NCBI GenBank assembly: GCA_965372715.1
Contig: CBDVDH010000016.1
Location: 1,744-65,743, forward strand
DNA: 64,000 bases
Reading direction: 5' to 3'
Origin: an uncultured bacterium
GTDB lineage: Bacteria; B130-G9
The notes below the pieces were generated by a model. That model saw nothing but the letters and a program-made list of their open reading frames with translations. It had not been told where the DNA came from and made no database searches. Positions within the stretch are counted from its first letter, which is position 1. Each line of letters opens with the position of its first letter. Of the stretch, positions 46,513 to 55,983 are shown piece by piece. Both the position numbers and the translations under genes were made by a program.

Positions 46513-47115
46513 TCAGCCCTTGGAGATCTCAAACCGAGCGAACTTACTGACCGCTATCTTCTCACCCAGCTTAGAAGATAGACTGTCAATCATATTTCCG
46601 ACCCTATCATTTGGCTCCTTGACGAAGGTCTGGTCCACCAGGCAAACGTGTTCGTAGAAACTCTTAAGCTTGCCCTCGACTATCCGATCCAAGACGTTCT
46701 CGGGCTTGCCCATCCTCTCGGCCTGCTCGCGGTAAATCCTCTTCTCAGCTTCCAGGACCTCCTCGGGAACCTCTTCAAGAGAGACATAAAGCGGATTGGC
46801 AGCGGCTACTTGCATGCAAAGGTCCGACCCAAGCCCCCGGAATTCGTCCGTCCTGGCAACAAAGTCTGTCTCGCAGTTCATCTCAAGCAGAACGCCAATC
46901 TTGCCGTTGTGATGGATATAGGAGAACATGGCGCCCTCAGACGCTGTTCTGTCCTTCCGCTCGACTGCCTTCGCCAAGCCCTTCTTGCGAAGCGACTCTA
47001 TCGCCTTCGCCTCGTCGCCGTCGGACTCAATCAGCGCTCGCTTGCAGTCCATTATCCCGGAACTAGTCCTATTGCGTAGCGCCTTGATCATTTCAACGGT
47101 TACTTCTGCCATCAA
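46513..47115 (-). CDS. tsf: Elongation factor Ts, short form
   Basis: LRNRTSSGIMDCKRAL, EMNCETDFVA; about 200 aa. Confidence 0.96.
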   Translation of the reverse strand: MMAEVTVEMIKALRNRTSSGIMDCKRALIESDGDEAKAIESLRKKGLAKAVERKDRTASEGAMFSYIHHNGKIGVLLEMNCETDFVARTDEFRGLGSDLCMQVAAANPLYVSLEEVPEEVLEAEKRIYREQAERMGKPENVLDRIVEGKLKSFYEHVCLVDQTFVKEPNDRVGNMIDSLSSKLGEKIAVSKFARFEISKG

Positions 47116-47173
47116 AAACCCCTAGTCCAAATCTTCTTTATCGAGTTTCCTGAACGTTCTCCGCGGCATCGGG

Positions 47174-47923
47174 CTAACCTTGACTGGCCGACGCGTCATC
47201 GACAGCGATGGCCTCCTCACGCTCTTCCTCAAGGTCCTTGCGGCGCATCTGACCCTCAACATAAGCGTCGGCAATCTTTGAGGAAACAAGCTTGATCGCC
47301 CTTATCGCGTCGTCATTTCCTGGGATGATGTAATCGACTAAATCCGGGTCACAGTTGGTATCGACAATCGCGACTATCGGAACTCTGGAGCGCCGCGCCT
47401 CCGCGACCGCGATCTTCTCCTTTCTCGGATCGATTATGAAAACCGCGCCCGGGGGACCCGTCATGCTCTCGATACCACCAAGATTCCGCTCGAGCTTGAA
47501 GAGCTCCTTTCTGAGTTTTATCGCCTCCTTCTTGGGAAGCACGTCGATTTCCTCGCTGTTGGCCGTGTCGCGCAGCTTGCGCATCTTTGCAATCGACTTT
47601 TTCACGGTCTGGAAGTTCGTCAACATCCCACCAAGCCAGCGATGAGTAACGTAGAAGGCGCCCGCACGCTTCGCCTCCTCCTCAACGGAGAGAGATGCCT
47701 GACGTTTCGTTCCGACCATGAGGAGAGGTTTGTTCTCCTGACCGAGGCTGACAACGAAATCATACGCTCGCCGCAGCAGCCTCACCGTCTTCTGGAGGTC
47801 TATGATATAGATACCGTTACGTTCGGCGAAGATATACCGCCGCATCTTGGGGTTCCAGCGCTTTGTCTGGTGACCAAAGTGCATTCCCGCCTCAAGAAGT
47901 TCTTTCATGGTGATTAACGCCAA
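47174..47923 (-). CDS. rpsB: 30S ribosomal protein S2
   Basis: [41 protein letters not shown]. Confidence 0.97.
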   Translation of the reverse strand: MALITMKELLEAGMHFGHQTKRWNPKMRRYIFAERNGIYIIDLQKTVRLLRRAYDFVVSLGQENKPLLMVGTKRQASLSVEEEAKRAGAFYVTHRWLGGMLTNFQTVKKSIAKMRKLRDTANSEEIDVLPKKEAIKLRKELFKLERNLGGIESMTGPPGAVFIIDPRKEKIAVAEARRSRVPIVAIVDTNCDPDLVDYIIPGNDDAIRAIKLVSSKIADAYVEGQMRRKDLEEEREEAIAVDDASASQG

Positions 47924-48106
47924 CTATGATCCTCCTTCAATCCCGATTTGTTCCCGCTGCATGCACATAGGAGCGATATTGCCCTACTCAGGATGCCGCA
48001 GTGCAGCAAGTAGTTGATAATCCAATCTCATACCTCAAAACCAAAGGTCGCACAACCTGCATCGAGATGCACAACAGACCTCAGACTGACGAGGCGCAAG
48101 CAAAAC

Positions 48107-48499
48107 CTACCTTTTGGAGAACTGGAATCTCGCTCTTGCTCCGCGCTGGCCGTATTTCTTGCGCTCTTTGACGCGCGCATCACGCGTCAAGTAGCCCTGC
48201 TCCTTCAGGATCGGGCGCAAGCTCTCGTCGTGCCGGAGCAATGCTCTTGCGATACCGTGCCTAAATGCGCCGGACTGGCCTGTTATCCCTCCGGAACATA
48301 TCGTCGCCTGGACATCAAACTTCCCGAGCGTCTTTGTATCGACAAGGGGAGCAAGAGCCAGCTTGCGAAGCCTCGCGTTCGGGAAGTACTCGTCAAAAGC
48401 ACGCTTGTTGACGGTTATCTTGCCCTCGCCGGGGCGAAGAAACACTCTTGCTATCGCCCGTTTGCGCTTTCCAGTTCCATAACTCTCTTCAAGAGACAA
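48107..48499 (-). CDS. rpsI: 30S ribosomal protein S9 (TTG start at 48499 preferred, 130 aa)
   Basis: GTGKRKRAIARV, GGITGQSGA, ERKKYGQRGARARFQFSKR. Confidence 0.96.
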   Translation of the reverse strand: MSLEESYGTGKRKRAIARVFLRPGEGKITVNKRAFDEYFPNARLRKLALAPLVDTKTLGKFDVQATICSGGITGQSGAFRHGIARALLRHDESLRPILKEQGYLTRDARVKERKKYGQRGARARFQFSKR

Positions 48500-48632
48500 C
48501 CTTAACTCTGTCCTCCTAACCTGACTATCTATGAACTCCAATTGAAATAACGCTCTGAACCAGCGACTTCCATAAAGTTACAGACGCGATGACAAATCCT
48601 ATGGCTCAGATGCTCTGCCGACGCGTCTCTTA

Positions 48633-49136
48633 TTACTCAATGACCACCAGCGGCGTCGGCTTCTGCGCCGCATGTGGATGTTCTGGACCTGGGTAAACCT
48701 TGAGTTTCTTGATGATCTGACGGGCGAGCTTGTTCTTCGGAAGCATCCCCGCGACTGCCTTTCGCATCAGGGATGTCGGGTCTCGCTTCAGCTTCTCGCG
48801 AGCTGTGAACGACTTTATCCCTCCCGGATAACCCGAATGATGATGATACATCTTCTGGTCCCACTTGTCCCCCGTCAACTTCACGGAGGCGGAGTTAACC
48901 ACCACCACAAAGTCGCCCGTGTCGATGTGGGCCGTGTAGCACTCCTTGTCTTTGCCCAAGAGCACCCTGGTAATCCTCGCCGCCAGTCGCCCCAGTGGCT
49001 GGTCCTTGGCATCAACAAGATGCCATTGTCGCTCTATATCGCGCGGTCTGGCAGAATACGTCCTGTTCAAATCGCGAACCTTGATCCGCGTCGCTGCCGT
49101 TTCTGTCTGAATCTCTGACGAATCAACCATTTTCAA
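48633..49136 (-). CDS. rplM: 50S ribosomal protein L13
   Basis: WHLVDA, LGRLA, DTGDFVVVVN, GMLPKN, LKVYPGPEHPHAAQKP. Confidence 0.96.
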   Translation of the reverse strand: MKMVDSSEIQTETAATRIKVRDLNRTYSARPRDIERQWHLVDAKDQPLGRLAARITRVLLGKDKECYTAHIDTGDFVVVVNSASVKLTGDKWDQKMYHHHSGYPGGIKSFTAREKLKRDPTSLMRKAVAGMLPKNKLARQIIKKLKVYPGPEHPHAAQKPTPLVVIE

Positions 49137-49180
49137 ATCTCATCATAACTGTGGCCCAACGTCGGGAAAAACTCCGGCGG

Positions 49181-49210
49181 ACTATAACACACCCGGTTTC
49201 AAACTATCAA
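49181..49210 (-). promoter_or_regulatory. Putative sigma70 promoter of the rplM operon
   Basis: TTGATA-N18-TATAGT with an extended -10 TG, about 45 nt upstream of rplM. Confidence 0.45.
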
Positions 49211-49468
49211 CCAAGAACGCCAACTGAGGTTCCCGTCAACCCCGCCGCCATCCAGGCAGCGCCTCACAAGCCCAGCTTTCCTGCCCGCGTGAATGATTCT
49301 TCGACCGAACGTGTCAATCCTGTTACGGGCAACATACATGCCAAGAACAGCACTTGTCAATTCCCGCCGTTGGCCCGAAAAATCAGATTGAATTGGTGAT
49401 GCATATCGTGGCGTCAACTCGTTTAGGCTTTTCATTGGGCGGTTGCCGCGGCCGCGGTCAGTTAGCGG

Positions 49469-49681
49469 CTTGCACCCCGTGGGTGCTTTGGAGTGCGGCG
49501 GCCTGACGCCGCTTTTCTTGGCGGTGACCTGGCACCGCCTTCTCAGGACTGCGTTATGAGCGGTCAGGTGGGTGATTTGCAGAACGCGGAGTCATTCAAT
49601 TAGGGCAGATGCCGCGTCAGACCGCGGCAAGTGAAAGCGGCGCCGGGTCAGAAGCACTCCAAATCACCCAACGGGTGCAAG
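49469..49681. repeat. Long imperfect inverted repeat (REPIN-like), GGAGTGCGGCGG type
   Basis: Left arm CTTGCACCCCGTGGGTGCTTTGGAGTGCGGCGGCCTGACGCCGCTTT (49469-49515); right arm AAAGCGGCGCCGGGTCAGAAGCACTCCAAATCACCCAACGGGTGCAAG (49634-49681). The outer 28 bp match at 25 positions. Confidence 0.75.
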
Positions 49682-49918
49682 ATGCATCGCTACTGTATGC
49701 AACAAGATCAGCCTTGTGAATGGCTGACGCGAGTTCAAGACACGATGTCAGCGACCGTCAAGCTGGTTTTTCGGAGACGATGTTCGATTGTGGTGCGATG
49801 TGCAGAATGTGGCTGCAGGAAGCATGATATATAGTGCAGGGGCGGTGCTTGGCCCGCCCTTCTCTAATGTGACCAAACGCTCGCCGGCAGGCGCAGTCTC
49901 GCCAAAGGCGGATATGAA

Positions 49919-49943
49919 GGGCGGGTCTGAGACCACGCCCCTA
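49919..49943 (-). repeat. GTAG-type REP-like palindrome
   Basis: Minus strand GTAGGGCGTGGTCTCAGACCCGCCC. Confidence 0.6.
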
Positions 49944-50008
49944 CAATCCGCAACCCGACTTGTTAGACAGCCTCTTAGGTTGAGTGGCTGAAGAAATGCT
50001 GTGGAGGG

Positions 50009-50151
50009 GGGTGGGTCAATAATTGACCCACCCTAGTGGCCGGAGGGGGTGGGTCAATAATTGACCCACCCCTTCAGATTCTCCTGTCAATGGCGGATTC
50101 CACGGATTCGGACGTATTAAGAAACTTGAAAGTGGATCAAAATTGATCCAC
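50009..50151. repeat. Three copies of a palindromic element
   Basis: GGGTGGGTCAAT-A-ATTGACCCACCC at 50009-50033 and 50047-50071; variant GTGGATCAA-AA-TTGATCCAC at 50132-50151. Confidence 0.85.
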
Positions 50152-50316
50152 CCTCTATGCATGGTAAAAAGTGGTCGATTTGGGGCCTAGCCATCGAGAA
50201 TGCCCTTCCAGCCGTCAAGGAGGGAGTCTCTGGCAAGGACAGTGACCAGTTTGGCACGTATAATGCTTGAAAAACGGGTGGAATAAGGGACGGTTTATGA
50301 ACCGGAAAGGTAGAAA

Positions 50317-52614
50317 ATGTTCGATAACGGTTTGAAGGTATTCCAAGTAATCTTGGTTATTTTGGCGTCTTCGGGGGTTTGTGCGCAGGAGGCGCCAGTT
50401 GCGAGCGTGCCGTGGGCGCACTTTGCCCAGGGTCCTGACAGAGCTTGTTGCAGCCCGTACGCCGGCCCTTTGAATGCGCCACACGCTACTACGAGACTTG
50501 TTCGCTTCACCGAGGAAGTGCTCACTCATATCCTGCTTGACCGCAATGGCATGCTTCAAGTGATCTCGTCCGATGGCTATCTTCTCAGTTTCAACGCTAG
50601 CCCTGGCCAGGATGACTTGGTCCTTTTGGCGCCTCTACCGTGGGCACCGACTGACATGGCGCTGGGGTTTGACGGGACGGCATATATCTCTATGACCGAG
50701 GGCGGATACGGGAGAGTGGCCGCCATAAAGGACCACGCGGCGCTGTGGGAGAAGGAGTTCCCGGCCCAGGAGGAGATCTACGTGCTCCCGACACCTGATT
50801 TCACGATCCTTGTCCTTACTACGGACGGCCGGCTCTTCAATCTCGGCGCCGATGGTGAAGAAGAGTGGACCTATCTCGTCCCAGGGGTCTTTGAACGCTG
50901 CACTAAGCCGTCAATAGGGCGTTTGGGAATCATATACTTCGCTACAAACGGCGTCACGTCGCGCAAGTCCACATTTCTCGAAGACAGCTGCGTATTCGCG
51001 GTATCTCGGGACGGTGTGAAGCTGTGGGAAAGGCCAGCGCCTGTCAGCAGCCTCAGCTATCCCGTCATAGATGAGGAAGAGAACGTTTACATGACTGGTT
51101 CTGACGGCCTCCTCTATTCGTTCTGTTCAGCTGGGCTCAATTGGGCCGAGCCGGTGAAAGAACCGGGCCAGGAGGCATATCTGGCCTATCATGAAGAAAA
51201 GATTATCGTCCTTTCAGGTGGAAACGTCACCGCTTACAGCAGGACCGGCCAACGGCAACCCCTCTGGTCAGTTTACCTGGGCGATCCCTTCATCTCGGTC
51301 CCCGCCATAGGGAGTGATGGTATGACCTATGCACTGACAAGGTCCATCTATCAAGGAAGCTTGTCCACCCTCACCGCAATCGGGGCAGCTGGCAACGTCA
51401 AGTGGTCTGTCCCGGTCAATTGCGAGACGCCGACCCCACCCATCATCACAATTGAGGGCAACATCTGCATAGGGACGCGGGAGGCAGGCGTAGTTTATTT
51501 CAGCTTCGGAAGAGGAGACATTACGCCTCCTTGCGTGTCGGAGACGTTTCCGCCCAAGGACACCATTCTGCCAATAGATGACTCCGACATGATGATGATA
51601 CTCGTCGATAGCGGAGTTGGGATTAGGGAATCCAGCATATACGTTTCGGTCAACAATGAAGTGGTTCATATCTCCACAGAAGACCTGATCGGTGGGTACA
51701 AAGTGCTGGCATCACCGCATCAGATTCTTACTCCGTTTCAGAATGTCGTCATCGAGGTCTCCGCCGAAGACGAGAGATTCAACAGGAAGATCGAGCCATT
51801 TCATCTCACGGCCGTCGAATACCGAAATCGACCCGCTATTGTGATGGCCGGTTTTGGATACACCAACATCACTTCGTCCGGCGGCGGTCAAATGCAAACC
51901 ATCGCGCTCATGGACCCTCTAAGTGACATCGAAGAAGTGGCGCTTTCTCACGCACAGTCCGGTTTCTCGCAGTGCCTCGAGGACAATGGCAAGGGGATCG
52001 ATCCCGATCTGAAGGGACGATGGTATTCGGCGGACAACGTGCTTCCCGCCGGCCTCACACCAGGAAGATACCAGCTCGAAATGATCGCGCGAGATACGAT
52101 GGGCAGGACCAGCCTGACTTGGCCATATTTGACTGTCGAGAGAGAAGATGACGCTCAACTTCTCGGAGGGTCTGGCGGAATCGGGCGGGGAGCCTGGACC
52201 CCACTAGACCCGATCGGCATATCAGCCTCCAGCCTGGCTCTATTGGGTCCGAGCTCATCGAGCAAGAGGCGCCAAACCTACGACGGGACAGCGCCAATCA
52301 TACTTGCCGCCGGATACACTTACTCATACCTGAACACCTCGGGCGGCGTCGTCAGGTTCGAGGCGCTAGTTGATGATTTCGACGGCATCGACGACGTTGA
52401 GAGAGTCGAGGTCTATATGGACGGCTATCCGATTGGGCTGTCCCTCAACAATGTGGGCGAATGCGGCGATGCGGTCCCCGGCGATAAGGTCTTCACCTTC
52501 CAGATACCCCTCAGTGGCGACATATTCGCAAGCGGAGCCTATCTATATGAACTCAAGGCGTTCGATAGGGCAGGAAACGAAAGCAATCTGTGGCCATATT
52601 TGGAGATCAAATAA
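50317..52614 (+). CDS. Secreted PQQ-like beta-propeller protein with an Ig-like domain and two copies of a ~105-aa C-terminal domain
   Basis: Signal peptide; W.HF..GP.R start; repeats of the P.IG.DG..Y type with GxxKW; tandem PxIxxAGY/F...WPYL modules. Confidence 0.8.
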   Translation: MFDNGLKVFQVILVILASSGVCAQEAPVASVPWAHFAQGPDRACCSPYAGPLNAPHATTRLVRFTEEVLTHILLDRNGMLQVISSDGYLLSFNASPGQDDLVLLAPLPWAPTDMALGFDGTAYISMTEGGYGRVAAIKDHAALWEKEFPAQEEIYVLPTPDFTILVLTTDGRLFNLGADGEEEWTYLVPGVFERCTKPSIGRLGIIYFATNGVTSRKSTFLEDSCVFAVSRDGVKLWERPAPVSSLSYPVIDEEENVYMTGSDGLLYSFCSAGLNWAEPVKEPGQEAYLAYHEEKIIVLSGGNVTAYSRTGQRQPLWSVYLGDPFISVPAIGSDGMTYALTRSIYQGSLSTLTAIGAAGNVKWSVPVNCETPTPPIITIEGNICIGTREAGVVYFSFGRGDITPPCVSETFPPKDTILPIDDSDMMMILVDSGVGIRESSIYVSVNNEVVHISTEDLIGGYKVLASPHQILTPFQNVVIEVSAEDERFNRKIEPFHLTAVEYRNRPAIVMAGFGYTNITSSGGGQMQTIALMDPLSDIEEVALSHAQSGFSQCLEDNGKGIDPDLKGRWYSADNVLPAGLTPGRYQLEMIARDTMGRTSLTWPYLTVEREDDAQLLGGSGGIGRGAWTPLDPIGISASSLALLGPSSSSKRRQTYDGTAPIILAAGYTYSYLNTSGGVVRFEALVDDFDGIDDVERVEVYMDGYPIGLSLNNVGECGDAVPGDKVFTFQIPLSGDIFASGAYLYELKAFDRAGNESNLWPYLEIK

Positions 52615-52678
52615 TAGTGTTCAAAGTCAGCAGAACTTGCCTGAGTTCTTTGGGGCAAGAGCTTGGAGATAAGCAGCG

Positions 52679-52774
52679 GTGCAGTTGGACCTCATAGGAT
52701 ACCTCTTTCTGGTTGTGGCGCTCGTGGGCCTCATATTCCTGGCCCTCGCCGGAGTGTTCAATCAGGAACGTTAA
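52679..52774 (+). CDS. Small single-TM peptide (31 aa)
   Basis: MQLDLIGYLFLVVALVGLIFLALAGVFNQER; GGAG 10 nt upstream of GTG. Confidence 0.4.
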   Translation: MQLDLIGYLFLVVALVGLIFLALAGVFNQER

Positions 52775-52808
52775 TAAGGCATACGAAGCCCGATAGGAGA
52801 TCTTGAAG

Positions 52809-52955
52809 ATGAATAGTGAGAGCGATCTTGCAGGGCGTGACGAAGCTCAGGAAACAATGGAAGACTCTGTGGCGATATTCATTGTCCCGTTCATTTTGGC
52901 ACTCGGCGTGGCTGTCTTCTTCGTCATGATGGAGATATTCAAGCACGTCCTTTAA
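52809..52955 (+). CDS. Small single-TM protein (48 aa)
   Basis: MNSESDLAGRDEAQETMEDSVAIFIVPFILALGVAVFFVMMEIFKHVL; AGGAG RBS. Confidence 0.55.
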   Translation: MNSESDLAGRDEAQETMEDSVAIFIVPFILALGVAVFFVMMEIFKHVL

Positions 52956-52994
52956 TCGTGAAATTGACAGCCTTGGCAGCTGTTAGACCCAAAC

Positions 52995-53048
52995 GTGGGG
53001 TGAGGTGACCATACTTTGACAAGGCCGGGCGGAGGCGCCTCACCCCAT
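52995..53048. repeat. Intergenic inverted repeat
   Basis: GTGGGGTGAGG ... CCTCACCCCAT. Confidence 0.45.
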
Positions 53049-53123
53049 ACCCTTTTCGGCATTGACAACGATGAAGGAGTCATACGTCATCCACTCAGCA
53101 CCTATGGAAGAGGAGGCAACGAG

Positions 53124-55691
53124 ATGAGACGGAAAGATGCTCCACGCTGTTTCGCCATCTGCATTCTGCTCGTGGCGCTGGTTGCGACAGGCGCGGATGG
53201 GGCAACCTACCACGTCAAGCAGGATGGGACGGGCGATTTCACCGCGATACAGGAGGCGATAGACGCGGCCGAGGAGGGCGATACGATCATCGTCCACCCC
53301 GGCACGTTCTACGAGAATATCCACTTCAACGGCAAGAATATCACGCTACGCTCGATAGACCCGACCGATTGGGATGTCGTCGAGGCGACCGCGATAGACG
53401 GCACCGAGAAAGACTCTGTCGTGACGTTCGCCGGGACCGAGGACAAGAGTTGCGTGCTTTCCGGCTTCACGATCACGGGCGGGAGTGGCTACACAGGCGG
53501 AGGAATCCGAGGCGGGGATTATCTAGTTCCCCATACACGAGCGACCATCACGAAGTGCAGCATTGTCAGTAACGTAGCGCAGAGGGGAGGTGGGATCGCT
53601 CACTGCGATGGGAGGATTGCCCAGTGTGTTATAGCAGGAAATCGCGGGGAGTTAGGGGGGGCAGGCGGCATCTATGACTGCCGGGCAACCATAACCTCTT
53701 GTCAGATCGCTGCGAACTTTGGGAGAGGTGGTGGAGGTGGCATCTCGAACTGTAACGGTGCCATCATGGACTGCTACGTGGTTGATAACGAGGCGAGTGG
53801 GGGCGGCGGGCTTTATAAGTGTGACGGCGCGATCACCAGGTGCTACATCCAAGGGAATATGGCGTCAGATGGAGGTGGCCTCTATGCCTGTAACAGTGAC
53901 ATCCGGATGTGCGTGGTAAGCGAGAACACGGCCTGGACCGGGGGGGGACTAAGTTCGTGCAGTGGGTCCATAGTCAACTGCCTAATCACCGGCAACTCAG
54001 CGGAAAGGTACACTTGCAAGGGCGGTGGCCTCTACGACTGTGACGGGGAAATCCTCAGCTGCACGGTATCCGACAACCGGGCCGATGCGGCCGGTGGAGG
54101 CTTGTACAGATGCGACGGGGAGATCAGAAACAGTATCATCTGGGGCAACACAGCTCCATCAGGACCTGAGCTGTACGGCCGCACCCCCTCATATTGTTGC
54201 CTCGGCGGAGAAGACTCTGGAGGCAAGGGAAACATCTACGCGGACCCGTTGTTCGCCGACGAGCAATCGGATGACTACCGGTTGCAGGCCCAATCACCAT
54301 GCATAGACGCGGGGAGCAGCGTCGGCGTCAGGCTGAACGAAGACCTAGACGGCAGGCCTCGGCTGATCAACGGGGCGATCGACATGGGCGCCTATGAGTT
54401 TCAGGGGGGATTGTACGTCGAGGTTGAAGCCGCTAGGGAGGTGTACTTCGGCAACGAGACGCTGATTCTGACGATTGGGGGCGGCAATCTCGGTCAGACA
54501 GCCATGGTCGACCTCTACGCGGCGATTGAAGTCCCGTACGGGCCGCTGCTGTATTTGCCTAGTCTGAGCACTGAGCCGTGCGCTTGGTTCAGACAACTCA
54601 GCCTTCCATCAGGATTCCATCAGGAACCGTTCGAGGCGTTTTCATACACATTCTCCGGCCTTGAACCCAACGGCACGTATCCTATCCACTACGCGCTTGT
54701 TCCCAGTGATCCGGATGCGTCAGGCATCAATGCAGTCACGTCGGAGTTCAGGTACCGGCGCGATCACCGAACAGCCCTGCAGGTGAATCAGGACGGGTCG
54801 GGTGATTTTCTTTCCATTCAAGAGGCGGTAGATACCGCAATTGAAGGGGAGACCATTCTTGTCCATCCAGGGGCTTATTATGAGAACATCAAGTTCAGAG
54901 GCGCCAACATAAACTTGCGGTCTGTGGACCCGGAGAACGCGAGCGTCATAGCGTCAACGGTGATTGACGGCCGAAGGAAGGGCTCTGTTGTCCGTTTCTC
55001 GGGCGTCGAAGGCGACAGCTGCGTCTTGTCTGGGTTCACGATCGTGAATGGGTACCATTATGATGATGGTGGAGGCGTTCATGGCGCGGACACGTTGGCC
55101 AACATCACTAACTGCATATTTGTTGATAATTGGACCGCTTCGGAAGGGGGGGCGGTATATGGCTGCCATGGCCTAATCGCTAACTGCCTCATGATAGGCA
55201 ATACGGCCAACGAAGGGGGAGGTTTGTCCTCCTGCTATGGCTTGATATTCAACTGCCTGATCGTAGAGAACACAGCCGGCCTTAGCGGCGGTGGGATGTC
55301 CAACTGTAGAGGTAGTATCCGGAGCTGCACTCTTACTGGTAACGTGGCCGAACTCCAGTACGGTGGCGGGATGGCCTATTGCTGGACCAGCGTCGTCAAC
55401 TGCATCATCTGGGATAACTATGCCTGGTACTGGCCCGACCTGGATGACAGCGGATCGCCATCCTACTGCCTGATCGGGGCTTGGTTTGAGGGTGGCTCAA
55501 ACATCGTCGGCAGAAACCCGAGGTTCGTGACTGGCCCGCTTGGCGATTACTACCTCAGTCGCGGAAGTCCGTGCATAAATGCAGGATATGGCTCAGCCGA
55601 AGACGCCGGCCTTTCGGACCGGACGACGCAGGCGGACGGGACGCCCGACACGGGCGTCGTCGATATGGGCTTCCACTACCCGGTGCCATGA
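53124..55691 (+). CDS. Secreted beta-helix protein made of two paralogous units joined by an Ig-like domain
   Basis: AGGAGG RBS; signal peptide; two QDG.GDF..IQEA.D.A.EG.TI.VHPG.YYENI units; GGG(L/I)..C.G.I.NC repeats; C-terminal GPLGDYYL...DMGFHYP. Confidence 0.85.
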   Translation: MRRKDAPRCFAICILLVALVATGADGATYHVKQDGTGDFTAIQEAIDAAEEGDTIIVHPGTFYENIHFNGKNITLRSIDPTDWDVVEATAIDGTEKDSVVTFAGTEDKSCVLSGFTITGGSGYTGGGIRGGDYLVPHTRATITKCSIVSNVAQRGGGIAHCDGRIAQCVIAGNRGELGGAGGIYDCRATITSCQIAANFGRGGGGGISNCNGAIMDCYVVDNEASGGGGLYKCDGAITRCYIQGNMASDGGGLYACNSDIRMCVVSENTAWTGGGLSSCSGSIVNCLITGNSAERYTCKGGGLYDCDGEILSCTVSDNRADAAGGGLYRCDGEIRNSIIWGNTAPSGPELYGRTPSYCCLGGEDSGGKGNIYADPLFADEQSDDYRLQAQSPCIDAGSSVGVRLNEDLDGRPRLINGAIDMGAYEFQGGLYVEVEAAREVYFGNETLILTIGGGNLGQTAMVDLYAAIEVPYGPLLYLPSLSTEPCAWFRQLSLPSGFHQEPFEAFSYTFSGLEPNGTYPIHYALVPSDPDASGINAVTSEFRYRRDHRTALQVNQDGSGDFLSIQEAVDTAIEGETILVHPGAYYENIKFRGANINLRSVDPENASVIASTVIDGRRKGSVVRFSGVEGDSCVLSGFTIVNGYHYDDGGGVHGADTLANITNCIFVDNWTASEGGAVYGCHGLIANCLMIGNTANEGGGLSSCYGLIFNCLIVENTAGLSGGGMSNCRGSIRSCTLTGNVAELQYGGGMAYCWTSVVNCIIWDNYAWYWPDLDDSGSPSYCLIGAWFEGGSNIVGRNPRFVTGPLGDYYLSRGSPCINAGYGSAEDAGLSDRTTQADGTPDTGVVDMGFHYPVP

Positions 55692-55983
55692 GCGACTGTC
55701 TCACTAGTCGGTTTCCCGCCGACGCAGATTAATTCGGAGCTTGGCTGATGCCAGATGTAGGGGTTGGCCCTTTGCATGATTGATTCGTGGACTATGGTAC
55801 CACATCCCGACGAAGGTGACGCATGTCCACGGCGGATACCTAACCTCCTTTTGGCCCGTTTTCCGAATGGGGAAACTCCTCATCTTCTCGGGTGTTGATC
55901 TTGTAGTTGCTTTGTGTTAGTCGTATGTTGATTTGGCTTAGTTGTTGTTTGTGTTTCACTAACCCTTACAAGGGAGGTTTACG

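Noticed and set aside
49210-49400. Possible ncRNA (SRP/6S-like) upstream of rplM
   Set aside because: GC-rich but lacks the SRP helix-8 motif and any clear long duplex; not supportable without a covariance search.
50009-50151. Possible CRISPR array
   Set aside because: Only two exact copies and one variant; spacers are 13 and 60 bp; repeats are fully palindromic; no cas genes.
52758-52946. 62-aa minus-strand ORF in the track
   Set aside because: It is the antisense of a more credible plus-strand TM ORF (52809..52955) that has an AGGAG RBS.
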